From: Desulfobulbus propionicus DSM 2032
GTDB lineage: Bacteria > Desulfobacterota > Desulfobulbia > Desulfobulbales > Desulfobulbaceae
Direction of reading: 5' to 3'
DNA length: 32,000 nucleotides
Assembly: GCF_000186885.1 (NCBI RefSeq)
Contig: NC_014972.1
Span: 3,420,001 to 3,452,000 of the forward strand
Shown here piece after piece: positions 1-9,294 of this stretch. Under the pieces are notes generated by a model. The model worked only from the letters and a program-made list of their open reading frames with translations. It did no database searches and had not been told where the DNA came from. The stretch's first letter is position 1. Each line of letters begins with the position of its first letter. Position numbers and translations under genes: made by a program.

Positions 1-1
1 C

Positions 2-103
2 GCCGGGCATGTGACCCCCGGTGATATCGTACCGGTACGGATCACCGAGGCGCATACCTATGACCTTGTCGGCGAAGTGGTCAGCGGAGAGGACAGCCGC
101 TGA
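2..103 (+). CDS. C-terminal TRAM domain of a RimO/MiaB-family radical SAM methylthiotransferase (partial, truncated by window edge)
   Basis: Frame 2 reads AGHVTPGDIVPVRITEAHTYDLVGEVVSGEDSR*, resembling the TRAM tail (PGDIV.V.ITEA..YDLVGEVV) of RimO proteins; TGA at 101..103. Confidence 0.7.
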   Translation, partial: AGHVTPGDIVPVRITEAHTYDLVGEVVSGEDSR

Positions 104-118
104 CCGATGGGGCATGAC

Positions 119-406
119 TCACTTGCCGCTATTCTTATTGACCTGTTCGCGCAGATCCTTGCCAACTTTAAAAAACGGCAATTTCTTTGGTTTTACTTTG
201 ATTTTCTCGCCGGTCTTTGGATTGCGGCCGGTGTAGGATTCATACTCCTTGACGACAAAACTACCAAACCCTCGAATTTCAATCGATTCTCCCCTGGCGA
301 GAGCGTCACTCATGGTTTCGATGATCGTGTTGGTTATTGAGGCGGCTTCTCGGATGGGAATGTTCATCGCTTCAGCCAAGGCTTCGATCAATTCGGATTT
401 GTTCAT
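119..406 (-). CDS. HU/IHF-family DNA-binding protein
   Basis: 95 aa ORF MNKSELIEALAEAMNIPIREAASITNTIIETMSDALARGESIEIRGFGSFVVKEYESYTGRNPKTGEKIKV; classic HU/IHF signature GFGSF and GRNPKTGE. Confidence 0.95.
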   Translation of the reverse strand: MNKSELIEALAEAMNIPIREAASITNTIIETMSDALARGESIEIRGFGSFVVKEYESYTGRNPKTGEKIKVKPKKLPFFKVGKDLREQVNKNSGK

Positions 407-524
407 ACCAATCTCTCCTGCACGCTCCCCGACGGATTCACTGCAAAACGGTTATTCCTCATCTGAAAGATAGCGCACATCGGCCATCGTATAAAAAAAA
501 CTGATTTCAGGAGGCTGTTGAAAT

Positions 525-1268
525 TTAAGCAAGTATGTTTTTGATTGTAAAGGGAATTTTCCGTGTAAAAATCTTTTTTAAGTCATTTTGGTTCAGAACC
601 CTGTATTTTCCGAGGGGAAGTGAGCCGAGGCGAAGGTTACCGTACGCCGTTCGCCTGAGATGAAGAACCCGGTGGTTGATGGCCTGAAACATTTTCCGCA
701 CCTGCCGTTTCTTGCCCTCGTGGATAGTGATTTCCACCAAGGTCGTTCCTTTGTGCCGCCGAAGTAGGCGAACGACTGCCGGCCGGGTCATCACTCCATC
801 GATTTCAATCCCCGACTCCAACCGCTTGAGTTTGTCGACCGAGGGCGAACCGCTCACCTCAGCCTCATAGGTCTTGTTGACCTCGTAGCGGGGATGGAGG
901 ATGGCGTTGCCCAACTCCCCGTCATTGGTCATCAACAGCGCGCCTTCCGTATCCAGATCCAGACGGCCCACGGGAAAAAGCCGCAATGGAATGTCGGCAA
1001 GCAGATCGGAAACCATGGGGCGGCCCTGCGGGTCCGAAAGAGTGGTCACATATCCGGCCGGCTTGTTGAGCAGAACGTAAATCTTTTCCTCGAAGACAAG
1101 TGGATGACCGTCACAGGTGATGGTGTCGCGATTGGGATCGGCCTTGCTGCCCATGCCGGTGACCACGTGGCCGTTTATTCGAATCCGACCTTCGAGAATC
1201 AGCTGTTCGGCCTTACGCCGGGAGGCGATACCAGCCTTGGCGAGAATTTTCTGCAGCCGTTCTTCCAT
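525..1268 (-). CDS. rluB: Pseudouridine synthase, RsuA/RluB family (S4 domain)
   Basis: MEERLQKILAKAGIASRRKAEQLILEGRIRING (S4 domain), VGRLDLDTEGALLMTNDGELGNAILHP (RsuA/RluB catalytic motif). Confidence 0.9.
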   Translation of the reverse strand: MEERLQKILAKAGIASRRKAEQLILEGRIRINGHVVTGMGSKADPNRDTITCDGHPLVFEEKIYVLLNKPAGYVTTLSDPQGRPMVSDLLADIPLRLFPVGRLDLDTEGALLMTNDGELGNAILHPRYEVNKTYEAEVSGSPSVDKLKRLESGIEIDGVMTRPAVVRLLRRHKGTTLVEITIHEGKKRQVRKMFQAINHRVLHLRRTAYGNLRLGSLPLGKYRVLNQNDLKKIFTRKIPFTIKNILA

Positions 1269-1313
1269 GAATGCAACGAATCGAGGCGAGACCAGAGGAC
1301 GAATGGAGCAAGC

Positions 1314-3119
1314 CTAGCGGAAGCGGGAAGGCAGGATGGTGGCGATCTTATCGTCGACCAACCGCTGGGTTGCCGGATCCACGGCGAGCACCTCCGTGTA
1401 CCACGGCTTCATTCGGCAATCAAAGACAATCGGCGGCTGCAGGCCCACATGGAAGCGCCGGACCGTCTGCTCACGGCCATGAATATCTGCTGCCGGCTCG
1501 AAACGGGTGAAAAAGGTCCACAAGAATTCCTGCAGCGAACAGGTCGCCTCCTCGGTCGAATCGACCAGAACCACCACCGGCCAAGAGGACACCCCGGGAA
1601 ATCGGGCGATTTCATCGGCAAGATGGGGCGCGGCGGCGTACTCAATTCCCTGAACAACCAGGGTACCGGGAAGAAAGGCGCGGGGATGGCTGCATTGCGG
1701 TGGGAGGATGCCGGCAAATTCAACCGGCAAATCCCGCCGTTTTTCCTGTCCAAGCCCGAGCATCATGGCCTTGGAGCCTTTGTTGACCGATGGCCCGGTG
1801 TAGTCGAGGGTATCTTGGGAGACATTGGCAAAGACAAACAGATCGCGATCCCACTCGATCCGTTCCAGGATGTGCTGCCATAAACGGGGAAAATGCGCCA
1901 CATCGATGCTGCCGTCGGTCACGAGGAGAAACTTGGTGAGCGACAACTGGCCTTCGCCGAGAATACGCAAACCGGCGGCAAAGGCCTCTCGCGGATACCG
2001 ATCGGTAACCCTGGCGGCGGCCAGGCAGTGGAATCCGGTTTCGCCAAAGGTCTTCAGCTGGACAACCCCCTTCATCACCAGCGGGAAAAGCGGCGAGAGA
2101 AGATCCTGGAGAAAATCGCCGATGAAATAATCCTCCTGTTTGGGCCGACCGACCACCGTGGCCGGGTAGATAGCATCCTTGCGATGATAGAGATGGGTGG
2201 TCTGAAAAATTGGGTAGTCGTGTTGCAGTGAATTGTAGCCATAATGATCGCCAAAGGGACCTTCCGGCCGCCGGATATGGGGCGGGACACGTCCCTTGAT
2301 GGCGAATTCGGCCTCGGCCACCAGTTGATGTCCACCCAGAGGATCGTCGACCACACGTAATTTTTCCCCCTGGAGAAGGCTGGCGAGGATCAGTTCGGGG
2401 ATGTTCTCCGGCAGGGGCGCGATGGCTGCCAGCATCAGGGCAGGCGGGCCGCCAATATAGAGGGTCAGCGGCAGGGCCTTGTTCTGTTGTTCGGCCGCAA
2501 AGTAATGAAAGCCTCCGCCTTTGTGAATCTGCCAATGAATACCGGTGGTGGTGTCATCGAACCGTTGAATCCGGTACATGCCGAGATTATGGCCCAAGCC
2601 GTCGGGATGCTCGGTATAGACCAATGGTAGGGTCACAAAGGCGCCACCGTCGGAATGCCAGGAAGTGAGCATCGGCAGCTCGGTCAGGCGCGCGGGCTGT
2701 TGGCAACAATCGAGAATTGGCCCGGCGGTGCATCGCTTGAGACCGACCTTCAACCCCTGATTCAGCAGCGAACGGGCATGCCACAGAGACGAAAGCGTCG
2801 GCGGCAGTGCCTGTTCCACCAAGTCGACCAAACCACGCACAAAGTTGAGCGGCCGTTTGCCAAACGCCAGCTCGAGGCGAAGGTTGGTGCCGAAAAGATT
2901 GGTGATCACGGGAAAACGGGATCCCTTCACCTTGGTGAACAGCAGCGCCGGTCCCCCTTGGGCAATCACCCGCCGGTGGATCTCGGCAATTTCCAGATAC
3001 GGATCAACCGGGGTGTCGATGGTGAGCAGTTGGTTGTTGGCGCGCAACAGCTCTATGAATTGGCGCAGATTGACAAGTGCATGCATGCTGGTCTTGATCC
3101 AGTACGAGGGTGGTCGCAC
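1314..3119 (-). CDS. UbiD-family (prenylated-FMN dependent) decarboxylase
   Basis: 601 aa ORF beginning MRPPSYWIKTSMHALVNLRQFIELLRANNQLLTIDTPVDPYLEIAEIHRRVIAQGGPALLFTKVKGSRFPVITNLFGT, typical of UbiD and menaquinone-biosynthesis decarboxylases. Confidence 0.9.
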   Translation of the reverse strand: MRPPSYWIKTSMHALVNLRQFIELLRANNQLLTIDTPVDPYLEIAEIHRRVIAQGGPALLFTKVKGSRFPVITNLFGTNLRLELAFGKRPLNFVRGLVDLVEQALPPTLSSLWHARSLLNQGLKVGLKRCTAGPILDCCQQPARLTELPMLTSWHSDGGAFVTLPLVYTEHPDGLGHNLGMYRIQRFDDTTTGIHWQIHKGGGFHYFAAEQQNKALPLTLYIGGPPALMLAAIAPLPENIPELILASLLQGEKLRVVDDPLGGHQLVAEAEFAIKGRVPPHIRRPEGPFGDHYGYNSLQHDYPIFQTTHLYHRKDAIYPATVVGRPKQEDYFIGDFLQDLLSPLFPLVMKGVVQLKTFGETGFHCLAAARVTDRYPREAFAAGLRILGEGQLSLTKFLLVTDGSIDVAHFPRLWQHILERIEWDRDLFVFANVSQDTLDYTGPSVNKGSKAMMLGLGQEKRRDLPVEFAGILPPQCSHPRAFLPGTLVVQGIEYAAAPHLADEIARFPGVSSWPVVVLVDSTEEATCSLQEFLWTFFTRFEPAADIHGREQTVRRFHVGLQPPIVFDCRMKPWYTEVLAVDPATQRLVDDKIATILPSRFR

Positions 3120-3136
3120 GAACTGTCCGCTAGGGC

Positions 3137-3403
3137 TCAGTCGTGATGGTGATGGTCTTCGCGGAGAAACAGCGTGTGGTATTCGTCACCGCTGAGGTGC
3201 GTTTTCATCAGACCGGTGAGCACATTGACCACCTGATGAATTTCCGCTTCAGTCATCCGGGAAACCAACACACGGGAAAGTCGCTCATCACTGAAATGGT
3301 GAAGAAAATCGATGAGTGACTGCTCATCGGTGGCGCGATCGATTCCAAAAAACATAGGGATCCGTTGCAACAAAACTGGCGTTAACCCGCGATCATTTTC
3401 CAC
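3137..3403 (-). CDS. Small uncharacterised acidic/His-tailed protein
   Basis: ORF track gives 3137..3457, but its first 18 codons are an out-of-frame reading of the yjbQ tail. A GTG at 3401..3403 gives (V)ENDRGLTPVLLQRIPMFFGIDRATDEQSLIDFLHHFSDERLSRVLVSRMTEAEIHQVVNVLTGLMKTHLSGDEYHTLFLREDHHHHD. Start is uncertain. Confidence 0.6.
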   Translation of the reverse strand: MENDRGLTPVLLQRIPMFFGIDRATDEQSLIDFLHHFSDERLSRVLVSRMTEAEIHQVVNVLTGLMKTHLSGDEYHTLFLREDHHHHD

Positions 3404-3837
3404 CAGATCTGGCGGTTGCGGGGGCCATCGAACTCGCAGAAAAAAATGCGTTGCCATGTCCCCAGCCGCAACCGCCCCCGATCGATGAACACGGTCACCG
3501 AAGATCCGGTCAAAGCGGTCATCAGGTGGGCGGGTGAATTGCCCTCGGCATGACGATACGGATAATCGGCGGGCACGATTCGAGGCAACGCGCCAAGAAT
3601 ATCCCGTCGCACATCCGGATCGGCCCCCTCGTTGATCAGCACCCCCGCGGTGGTATGCGGGTTATAGAGCGAAAGGATTCCCTCCTCGATGGAGTTGGCC
3701 GCCACGAGCTGCTGCATCTGACTGGTCAGGTCAATCATTTCCAACTGTTTGCCGCTGGTGACGGACAGCTCGCCGCTTGGCATGAACGGGGATCTCAGAA
3801 AATGATTATTGCAGCTGCCACGCGCCGTATTCATCAC
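3382..3837 (-). CDS. YjbQ / UPF0047 family protein (true start probably about 3786)
   Basis: Internal MPSGELSVTSGKQLEMIDLTSQMQQLVAANSIEEGILSLYNPHTTAGVLINEGADPDVRRDIL...GTWQRIFFCEFDGPR matches the UPF0047 fold signature; the upstream part overlaps the neighbouring lipoprotein ORF. Confidence 0.85.
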   Translation of the reverse strand: MMNTARGSCNNHFLRSPFMPSGELSVTSGKQLEMIDLTSQMQQLVAANSIEEGILSLYNPHTTAGVLINEGADPDVRRDILGALPRIVPADYPYRHAEGNSPAHLMTALTGSSVTVFIDRGRLRLGTWQRIFFCEFDGPRNRQIWWKMIAG

Positions 3838-4240
3838 GACAGGCGGTGCTGTAGGTTCGCTGTGGTCTGCCGTCGATCACCGCTTCAATCTCCGCCCGGC
3901 GGCAGACCCGATTGGAGCCACTCTGGTAGGCTGGTTGCGGGGTGACGGTGTACTGGTTGCCGGTGTCCGGGTTGACCCAGGACGAGCGCTGGTTGGAAAT
4001 GCCGCGTTCATAGGCATGGTTGAGCTGTTCCCGGTCGTATTTGTCCATTTCGTTGCCCACGATGTAACCAAGCAGCCCGCCCACCGCGGCACCGATCAGG
4101 GTGGCGCCGGTATTGTGGCCGATGGCCTGGCCAATGAGTGCCCCGGCGGCGGCACCGCCCACCGCCCCGGTCTGGCCCTTGGTGGCACAGGAAGAAAGGG
4201 TGAGCAGGAAAAGCAGAGCGATAACGCTTAAAAACTTCAT
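3806..4240 (-). CDS. Glycine-zipper outer-membrane-type lipoprotein (17 kDa surface antigen-like)
   Basis: Lipobox LTLSSC after signal peptide MKFLSVIALLFLL; GAVGGAAAGALIGQAIGHNTGATLIGAAVGGLLGYIVGNEMD glycine-zipper repeats. Confidence 0.85.
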   Translation of the reverse strand: MKFLSVIALLFLLTLSSCATKGQTGAVGGAAAGALIGQAIGHNTGATLIGAAVGGLLGYIVGNEMDKYDREQLNHAYERGISNQRSSWVNPDTGNQYTVTPQPAYQSGSNRVCRRAEIEAVIDGRPQRTYSTACRDEYGAWQLQ

Positions 4241-5592
4241 GATGTTTCTCCCGAAAAAGAAGAACGGTGCTTCAGCGAGTCAGGCAGTTCTTTGCTTGCC
4301 TGCACTCCCAAGTGTTTCAAGGCTTCAGTGCGGGCAATCAGATTGCCCTGACCAGCAGTCAATCGATTCCTGGCCGTGTGCCAGGCCTGCTGGGCCTGGT
4401 TGAGACGAAAGCCAACATCCTCAAAGGCTTCGACAAAACCAACGAATTTATCATAAAGGCTCCCCGCCTGTTTGGCAATCACTAAACTGTTGCGGTTTTG
4501 TTCGTCCAGCCGCCACAGATGATGGATCGTTCGCAACACGGCCAGCAGCGTCGAAGGACTGGCGAGAATCACCTTTTTCTGCATGGCACTGATCAAAATC
4601 TCCGGTTCCCGTTCGACCGCAAGCTGAAACGCCCCTTCGACGGGAATGAACAGGAGGACGAAATCCAGCGCCCCCAAATCGGACAACAGGTGGTATTCCT
4701 TACTGGACAGCAGGCTGATCTGCCGTTTGATCGAATCGAGGTGTAACTTGATCTTCTGCTCCCGCAGATCATCGGCGGGTGCGTTGTGTGCATCGACAAA
4801 GGCCTTGAGCGAAACCTTGGCGTCGATAATCACTGTCCGGTTCTCGGGGAGATAGACCACGGCATCGGGCTGGTAGGCCGTGCCGTCACTGGTTGTGCAA
4901 TGGACCTGAACGGCGAACTCCTTGCCGTTGCGCAAGCCAGAGGCTTCCAGCAGCCGGCTGAGCACCATCTCGCCCCACTGTCCCTGTAGCTTGTTGCTGC
5001 CCCGCAAGGCCTGGGTGAGGTTGGCAGCCTCGGCACTGATCTGCTGATTGAGCCGCTTGAGGTGCTCGATCTCCTTGAGCATCGAAACCCGATCACGCGC
5101 ATCGCGATCATAGGTCTCTTCGATCTTCCGCTTGAATTCCAGCAGCTGCTCATGAAAAGGCCGGAGCAGCAAGGTAAGAGCCGAGGCATGCTGTTTGTTG
5201 AGCTGTTCCCCCTTTTCGCTGATGATCCTGCCGGCCAGAAACTGAAAATCCTGTTCGATCTGCTGCCGTGCCTCGGCCAGGAGCGTCTCCCGTTCGTCCA
5301 CCTGTTGCTGCATGGCCCGGCAGGCGGTCTGCAAGGAGGCATTCTCGGCGTCCATTTCGCGGCACTCCCTGGCCAGCTGGTCGCGTTCCAGGCGAAGACG
5401 TTGCACCTCGGCCTCCTGGGCGCGCGACTCATCCTGCAGCCGCTCCAGCCTCAGCGACAGGATCAGATGACGCCGCTGGGTTCGGCTGTGGCCCGCAAGC
5501 AGGACGAGAATGGCCACCACCGCGCATGCACCCGCCCCCAAGACACAAGAAAACAGGTCAATCTGATCGAAGGGGGAGGGCAAGGGGGGCAT
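4237..5592 (-). CDS. rmuC: DNA recombination protein RmuC
   Basis: N-terminal TM, long coiled coil, then KLQGQWGEMVLSRLLEASGLRNGKEFAVQ...DAVVYLPENRTVIIDAKVSLKAFVDAHN, the RmuC core. Confidence 0.93.
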   Translation of the reverse strand: MPPLPSPFDQIDLFSCVLGAGACAVVAILVLLAGHSRTQRRHLILSLRLERLQDESRAQEAEVQRLRLERDQLARECREMDAENASLQTACRAMQQQVDERETLLAEARQQIEQDFQFLAGRIISEKGEQLNKQHASALTLLLRPFHEQLLEFKRKIEETYDRDARDRVSMLKEIEHLKRLNQQISAEAANLTQALRGSNKLQGQWGEMVLSRLLEASGLRNGKEFAVQVHCTTSDGTAYQPDAVVYLPENRTVIIDAKVSLKAFVDAHNAPADDLREQKIKLHLDSIKRQISLLSSKEYHLLSDLGALDFVLLFIPVEGAFQLAVEREPEILISAMQKKVILASPSTLLAVLRTIHHLWRLDEQNRNSLVIAKQAGSLYDKFVGFVEAFEDVGFRLNQAQQAWHTARNRLTAGQGNLIARTEALKHLGVQASKELPDSLKHRSSFSGETS

Positions 5593-5622
5593 GATAAAAA
5601 AATGGGCAAGGGAACCCGACGT

Positions 5623-5928
5623 TCAACCGCGCCGGGCACGGCGTCGCAATTCGTCGATCTCATCCAGCAGATCCAGGACCAGGGCGCAGCCCGGCAGGTT
5701 GACGCGAAGATCGTTTTGCAGCCTGATCGCGGTCTGTACCCGCTTAACGGCGACAAAGGTGAACCGCCACTCCCGCGGGGAATACCCTTCCGGACTAATG
5801 ATCCCCTCCTCGACCATGCCGTGGATGCGTTCGGCGCTGACCCCGCACAGCCTGCACAAATCCGCTAGGGTGCAGCGGGTTTCTTCATCAAGGACCATGC
5901 CCTGGATATAGGTTCGTTGTTCGGTCAT
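5623..5928 (-). CDS. cbpM: Chaperone modulator CbpM-like (MerR-like helix-turn-helix)
   Basis: 101 aa ORF with MerR-like HTH, directly upstream-side partner of the cbpA-type J protein on the same strand. Confidence 0.75.
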   Translation of the reverse strand: MTEQRTYIQGMVLDEETRCTLADLCRLCGVSAERIHGMVEEGIISPEGYSPREWRFTFVAVKRVQTAIRLQNDLRVNLPGCALVLDLLDEIDELRRRARRG

Positions 5929-5930
5929 AT

Positions 5931-6875
5931 TCAGATTCCCAGTTCGGCTCGGGGGTTGAACGGCATCTTTTGCGCCATGGTCGCATACAGCTTGCGCTGC
6001 TCTTCCGTGGTGGCCTCCGGAATAACTATGTGCAGGGTGACAATCTGATCGCCGCGATGGCTGCCGGAGGAAAGCCCCTTGCCTTTAAGGCGGAGTTTTT
6101 TACCGGCCTGCGATCCCGGCGGGATCTTCAGCTGTACATTGCCGCCCAAGGTGGGAACGGTCAGGGTAGCCCCTAGGGCCGCCTCCCACGGCGCCAGCGG
6201 CAGAGCGAGGTGGATGTCTCGTTTATCGGCGTGGAAGAGCTGATCCTCCTCAAAGGCAATCTCCAGGTACAGGTCACCGGCCGGGCTGCCGCCGTAACCG
6301 GGAAGCCCTTGGCCTTCCAGGCGTATCCGTTGCCCTTCGATGATTCCTTTGGGAATGGCCACATGCAGCCGATGCGGACTCACCGAGACATGACCGTTCG
6401 GGTCGACCGTGGACCGGTTCAGGGTGATGGTCTTGTGCGCGCCGTGATAAGAATCGGCAAGCGAGATCACTATCTTGGCATGTTGATCTTCGCCCTGCAT
6501 GCGAAAGGTCTGCCGCCTGTGCCCACCCGCCTGGCCACGGCCGAACAGGGATTCGAAGAAATCACTGAATTGACTCGCGTCGCCGCCGGTATAGCCGCCG
6601 CCGCGGAATTCAAACCCCGCATCCCAGTTGGGAGGCGGTTCGAAATGCTGGCCCTCTCGCCAGTTGGCTCCAAACTGATCGTAGGCGGCTCGTTTTTCCG
6701 GATCCTTGAGGACTTCGTAGGCCTCGCCGGCATCCTTGAACTTGGCCTCGGCATTTGCCTCCTTGCTGACATCGGGGTGGTATTTGCGGGCCACCTTGCG
6801 ATAGGCCTGCTTGATCTGGTCCTGAGTGGCGTTGCGATCAACTCCCAGTATCTTGTAGTAATCTTTGTATTCCAT
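5931..6875 (-). CDS. cbpA: DnaJ-class curved DNA-binding protein CbpA
   Basis: MEYKDYYKILGVDRNATQDQIKQAYRKVARKYHPDVS J domain, G/F region, no CxxCxGxG zinc finger, DnaJ C-terminal domain; the ORF extends to 6893 but MEYKDYYK is the likely start. Confidence 0.92.
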   Translation of the reverse strand: MEYKDYYKILGVDRNATQDQIKQAYRKVARKYHPDVSKEANAEAKFKDAGEAYEVLKDPEKRAAYDQFGANWREGQHFEPPPNWDAGFEFRGGGYTGGDASQFSDFFESLFGRGQAGGHRRQTFRMQGEDQHAKIVISLADSYHGAHKTITLNRSTVDPNGHVSVSPHRLHVAIPKGIIEGQRIRLEGQGLPGYGGSPAGDLYLEIAFEEDQLFHADKRDIHLALPLAPWEAALGATLTVPTLGGNVQLKIPPGSQAGKKLRLKGKGLSSGSHRGDQIVTLHIVIPEATTEEQRKLYATMAQKMPFNPRAELGI

Positions 6876-7013
6876 GGTGCTCCCTGGAGACATTACCCTT
6901 GAATGCTGTCAGGTAAAAATAAGAATAGCCTATTAAAAAGAAAAGAATAAAATACGCCAAACAGCTTTCCCCTTGAAGTGCGCCCCGTGTTTCCTTTATG
7001 TTGAAGTAATGGT

Positions 7014-7607
7014 TTGGAGGAAACAATGAACAATATTGTCCTCACCGGATTCCGGGCCACGGGCAAGACCTCGGTAGGCAAGGCGCTGGCGACAAAACTT
7101 GGGTATGCCTTTTCCGATACCGACCGCCTGCTCTGTGAACGACTGCATGCCCCGATCGCCGACATCGTGGCCCGTCATGGCTGGCCGTTTTTTCGTCAGG
7201 CAGAGGCACAACTCTTGCGTGAACTCGCGTCCATGACCCATACGGTTCTGGCAACCGGTGGGGGGGCAATTCAACACCATGCGGAGTGGTCGCTCCTCAG
7301 AACCCATTCATACGTTGTCTGGCTTGACGCCGATCTCGCCACCATCAGCAAACGCATTGCTGCAGATGCCGCCTCCGCAGCCCAACGTCCCGCTCTTGTC
7401 CAAGGGCTAACCGCCCACGACGAAATAGAAACCCTGCTCGAACAGCGCCGACCGCTCTATGCAGCCGGATCCGATCTGCGTCTCGATACCGCCAACGACG
7501 ATCCTGAGACCCTGGCCGAACGCATTGTTGAACAACTCAAGCGCATGGCGAATGAGGGCAGGGGAAAGACTCTACGCGACAGGGCCAAGGTGGCGGCCAA
7601 AGGATAG
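7014..7607 (+). CDS. aroK: Shikimate kinase (may start at the internal Met of MNNIVLTG)
   Basis: Walker A GFRATGKTSVGKALA, SDTD, GGGAIQH and the R-P-L lid region typical of shikimate kinases; GGAGG-like RBS upstream. Confidence 0.85.
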   Translation: MEETMNNIVLTGFRATGKTSVGKALATKLGYAFSDTDRLLCERLHAPIADIVARHGWPFFRQAEAQLLRELASMTHTVLATGGGAIQHHAEWSLLRTHSYVVWLDADLATISKRIAADAASAAQRPALVQGLTAHDEIETLLEQRRPLYAAGSDLRLDTANDDPETLAERIVEQLKRMANEGRGKTLRDRAKVAAKG

Positions 7608-9269
7608 ATGCACATGGAAGCAAAAACTGATCCCCAGCAGGAAACGATTCGATCCGTGTGGATGGTCAGCCGCGAATACGAAGGGCTGGCCGGTGCGGGC
7701 GGGGTCAAGGATGTCTGCCGACAGTTGGCGGAAACCTTGGTGACGCATGGCCACACCGACGTGCGGGTTGTCCTGCCCCGTTACGGTTTCATGGATGCCG
7801 TGGGCCTTGGATTTTCCCTCGTCGAACTCGATGGGAAAAAAGGGCACATTCTCGGTCGCCGCTATGCCCATGTCTTTGAAGTGGACATGAATTACGCCGC
7901 GGAAGAGCGACGGGAGACCGTGGCAATCTGGCAGCGACAACTCAACGGGGTCACGATCTTCCTGGTCGAGGCGGATCGTTTTGCCGCCAAACGGGGAGTA
8001 TACACCTATACCGAGGAGGATGAACAGGAAGTTGCCTGGCAACGCAAAGGCGGGGGACATTTTGACTATTTCGCCATGAACATTCTCCTCCAGAAGGCGG
8101 CGCTGGACCTGATGATTCTTCTCGACGCGCATCCCCAGGTAGTTCACTGCCAGGACGGGCACGCCGCCACCCTGCCCGCGATGTTGCGTGAACACAGTGG
8201 CTATCGCCACTATTTCCGTCGAACCGGTGCGGTGGTGACCATCCATAATGCCGGGCTGGGTTACCATCAGGACGTCGACGATCTTGCCTTTGCCCACGCC
8301 GTGACCGGCCTGCCAATGCGGGTGATCACCAAAGGACGGCTCGGCGGGAACTTCGACCCTTTCATAGCCGCCGCCGACTACGCCGTGCTCAACACGGTCA
8401 GTGAAAATTACGCCAGGGAACTGCAGCAAACTCCGGACGATGCCCGCACCGGCTGGCTCGGTCATGCCCTGCTCGAACGCGGCGTGACGCTTGCCGGCAT
8501 CACCAACGGCATCGATCCGTTCGCCTTTGATCCATCGAGGCCGGAACCGCTGGCACTAGCCGCTGGCTATGACATTCTGAACGGCGAGTTTTCCGGCAAG
8601 GCACACTGCAAGGCTGACCTGCTCGGCCGGATCGCCTCATGCGGTCCCTGGCAACAGGTCAAGCAGTTCGGCCTGCTCAGCGGGCCGGTGGAAGCTCCCC
8701 TCTGCACCTTCATCGGACGGTTGACCGCGCAAAAGGGGGTGGATATTCTTATTCAGGCCATCGGCCAACTGCTTCCCCAGGATGCGAGCTGTCAGTTCCT
8801 TTTGTTGGGCTCCGGGGCGCCCGAGTTTGAGCACCAACTGGAGCTGTTGGCGACGCAAGGCATCGGCCAGGGACGGGTCTGCTTTCTCAAGGGCTACGAT
8901 CCTGTTCTCGCCAACAGCGTCTATGCAGCCGGCGATTTTTTCCTCATCCCCTCCCGCTACGAACCCTGTGGCCTGACCGACTATATTGCCCAACTGCTTG
9001 GCAACCTGCCGATTGTCCATGGCGTTGGCGGCCTGGTCAAGGTCATCGACGGCGAAAACGGTTTTGCCTACAGCGGCAATACCGCCGCTTCCCTGGCGGC
9101 AACAATGATCCGGGCCTTGTCGCTGTACCATCGACAACCGGAACGTATTCGATCCATGCAGCGGCGGGCCGTCGAACGGATACATCGCCATCATACCTGG
9201 AAAACGGTCATGGACGACTATATCAGTCTTTACCGGCAAGCGATGCGGATGGGTTGCGGGGGCCAATGA
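7608..9269 (+). CDS. glgA: Glycogen/starch synthase, GT5 family (divergent N-terminal motif)
   Basis: VWMVSREYEGLAGAGGVKDVCRQLAETL...VVHCQDGHAATLP...AVVTIHNAGLGYHQ...GITNGIDP...CTFIGRLTAQKGVDIL...IPSRYEPCGLTDYIAQLLGNLPIVHGVGGL. Confidence 0.88.
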   Translation: MHMEAKTDPQQETIRSVWMVSREYEGLAGAGGVKDVCRQLAETLVTHGHTDVRVVLPRYGFMDAVGLGFSLVELDGKKGHILGRRYAHVFEVDMNYAAEERRETVAIWQRQLNGVTIFLVEADRFAAKRGVYTYTEEDEQEVAWQRKGGGHFDYFAMNILLQKAALDLMILLDAHPQVVHCQDGHAATLPAMLREHSGYRHYFRRTGAVVTIHNAGLGYHQDVDDLAFAHAVTGLPMRVITKGRLGGNFDPFIAAADYAVLNTVSENYARELQQTPDDARTGWLGHALLERGVTLAGITNGIDPFAFDPSRPEPLALAAGYDILNGEFSGKAHCKADLLGRIASCGPWQQVKQFGLLSGPVEAPLCTFIGRLTAQKGVDILIQAIGQLLPQDASCQFLLLGSGAPEFEHQLELLATQGIGQGRVCFLKGYDPVLANSVYAAGDFFLIPSRYEPCGLTDYIAQLLGNLPIVHGVGGLVKVIDGENGFAYSGNTAASLAATMIRALSLYHRQPERIRSMQRRAVERIHRHHTWKTVMDDYISLYRQAMRMGCGGQ

Positions 9270-9294
9270 CCCTCCGGCCCGCACTGGTCTTCTG

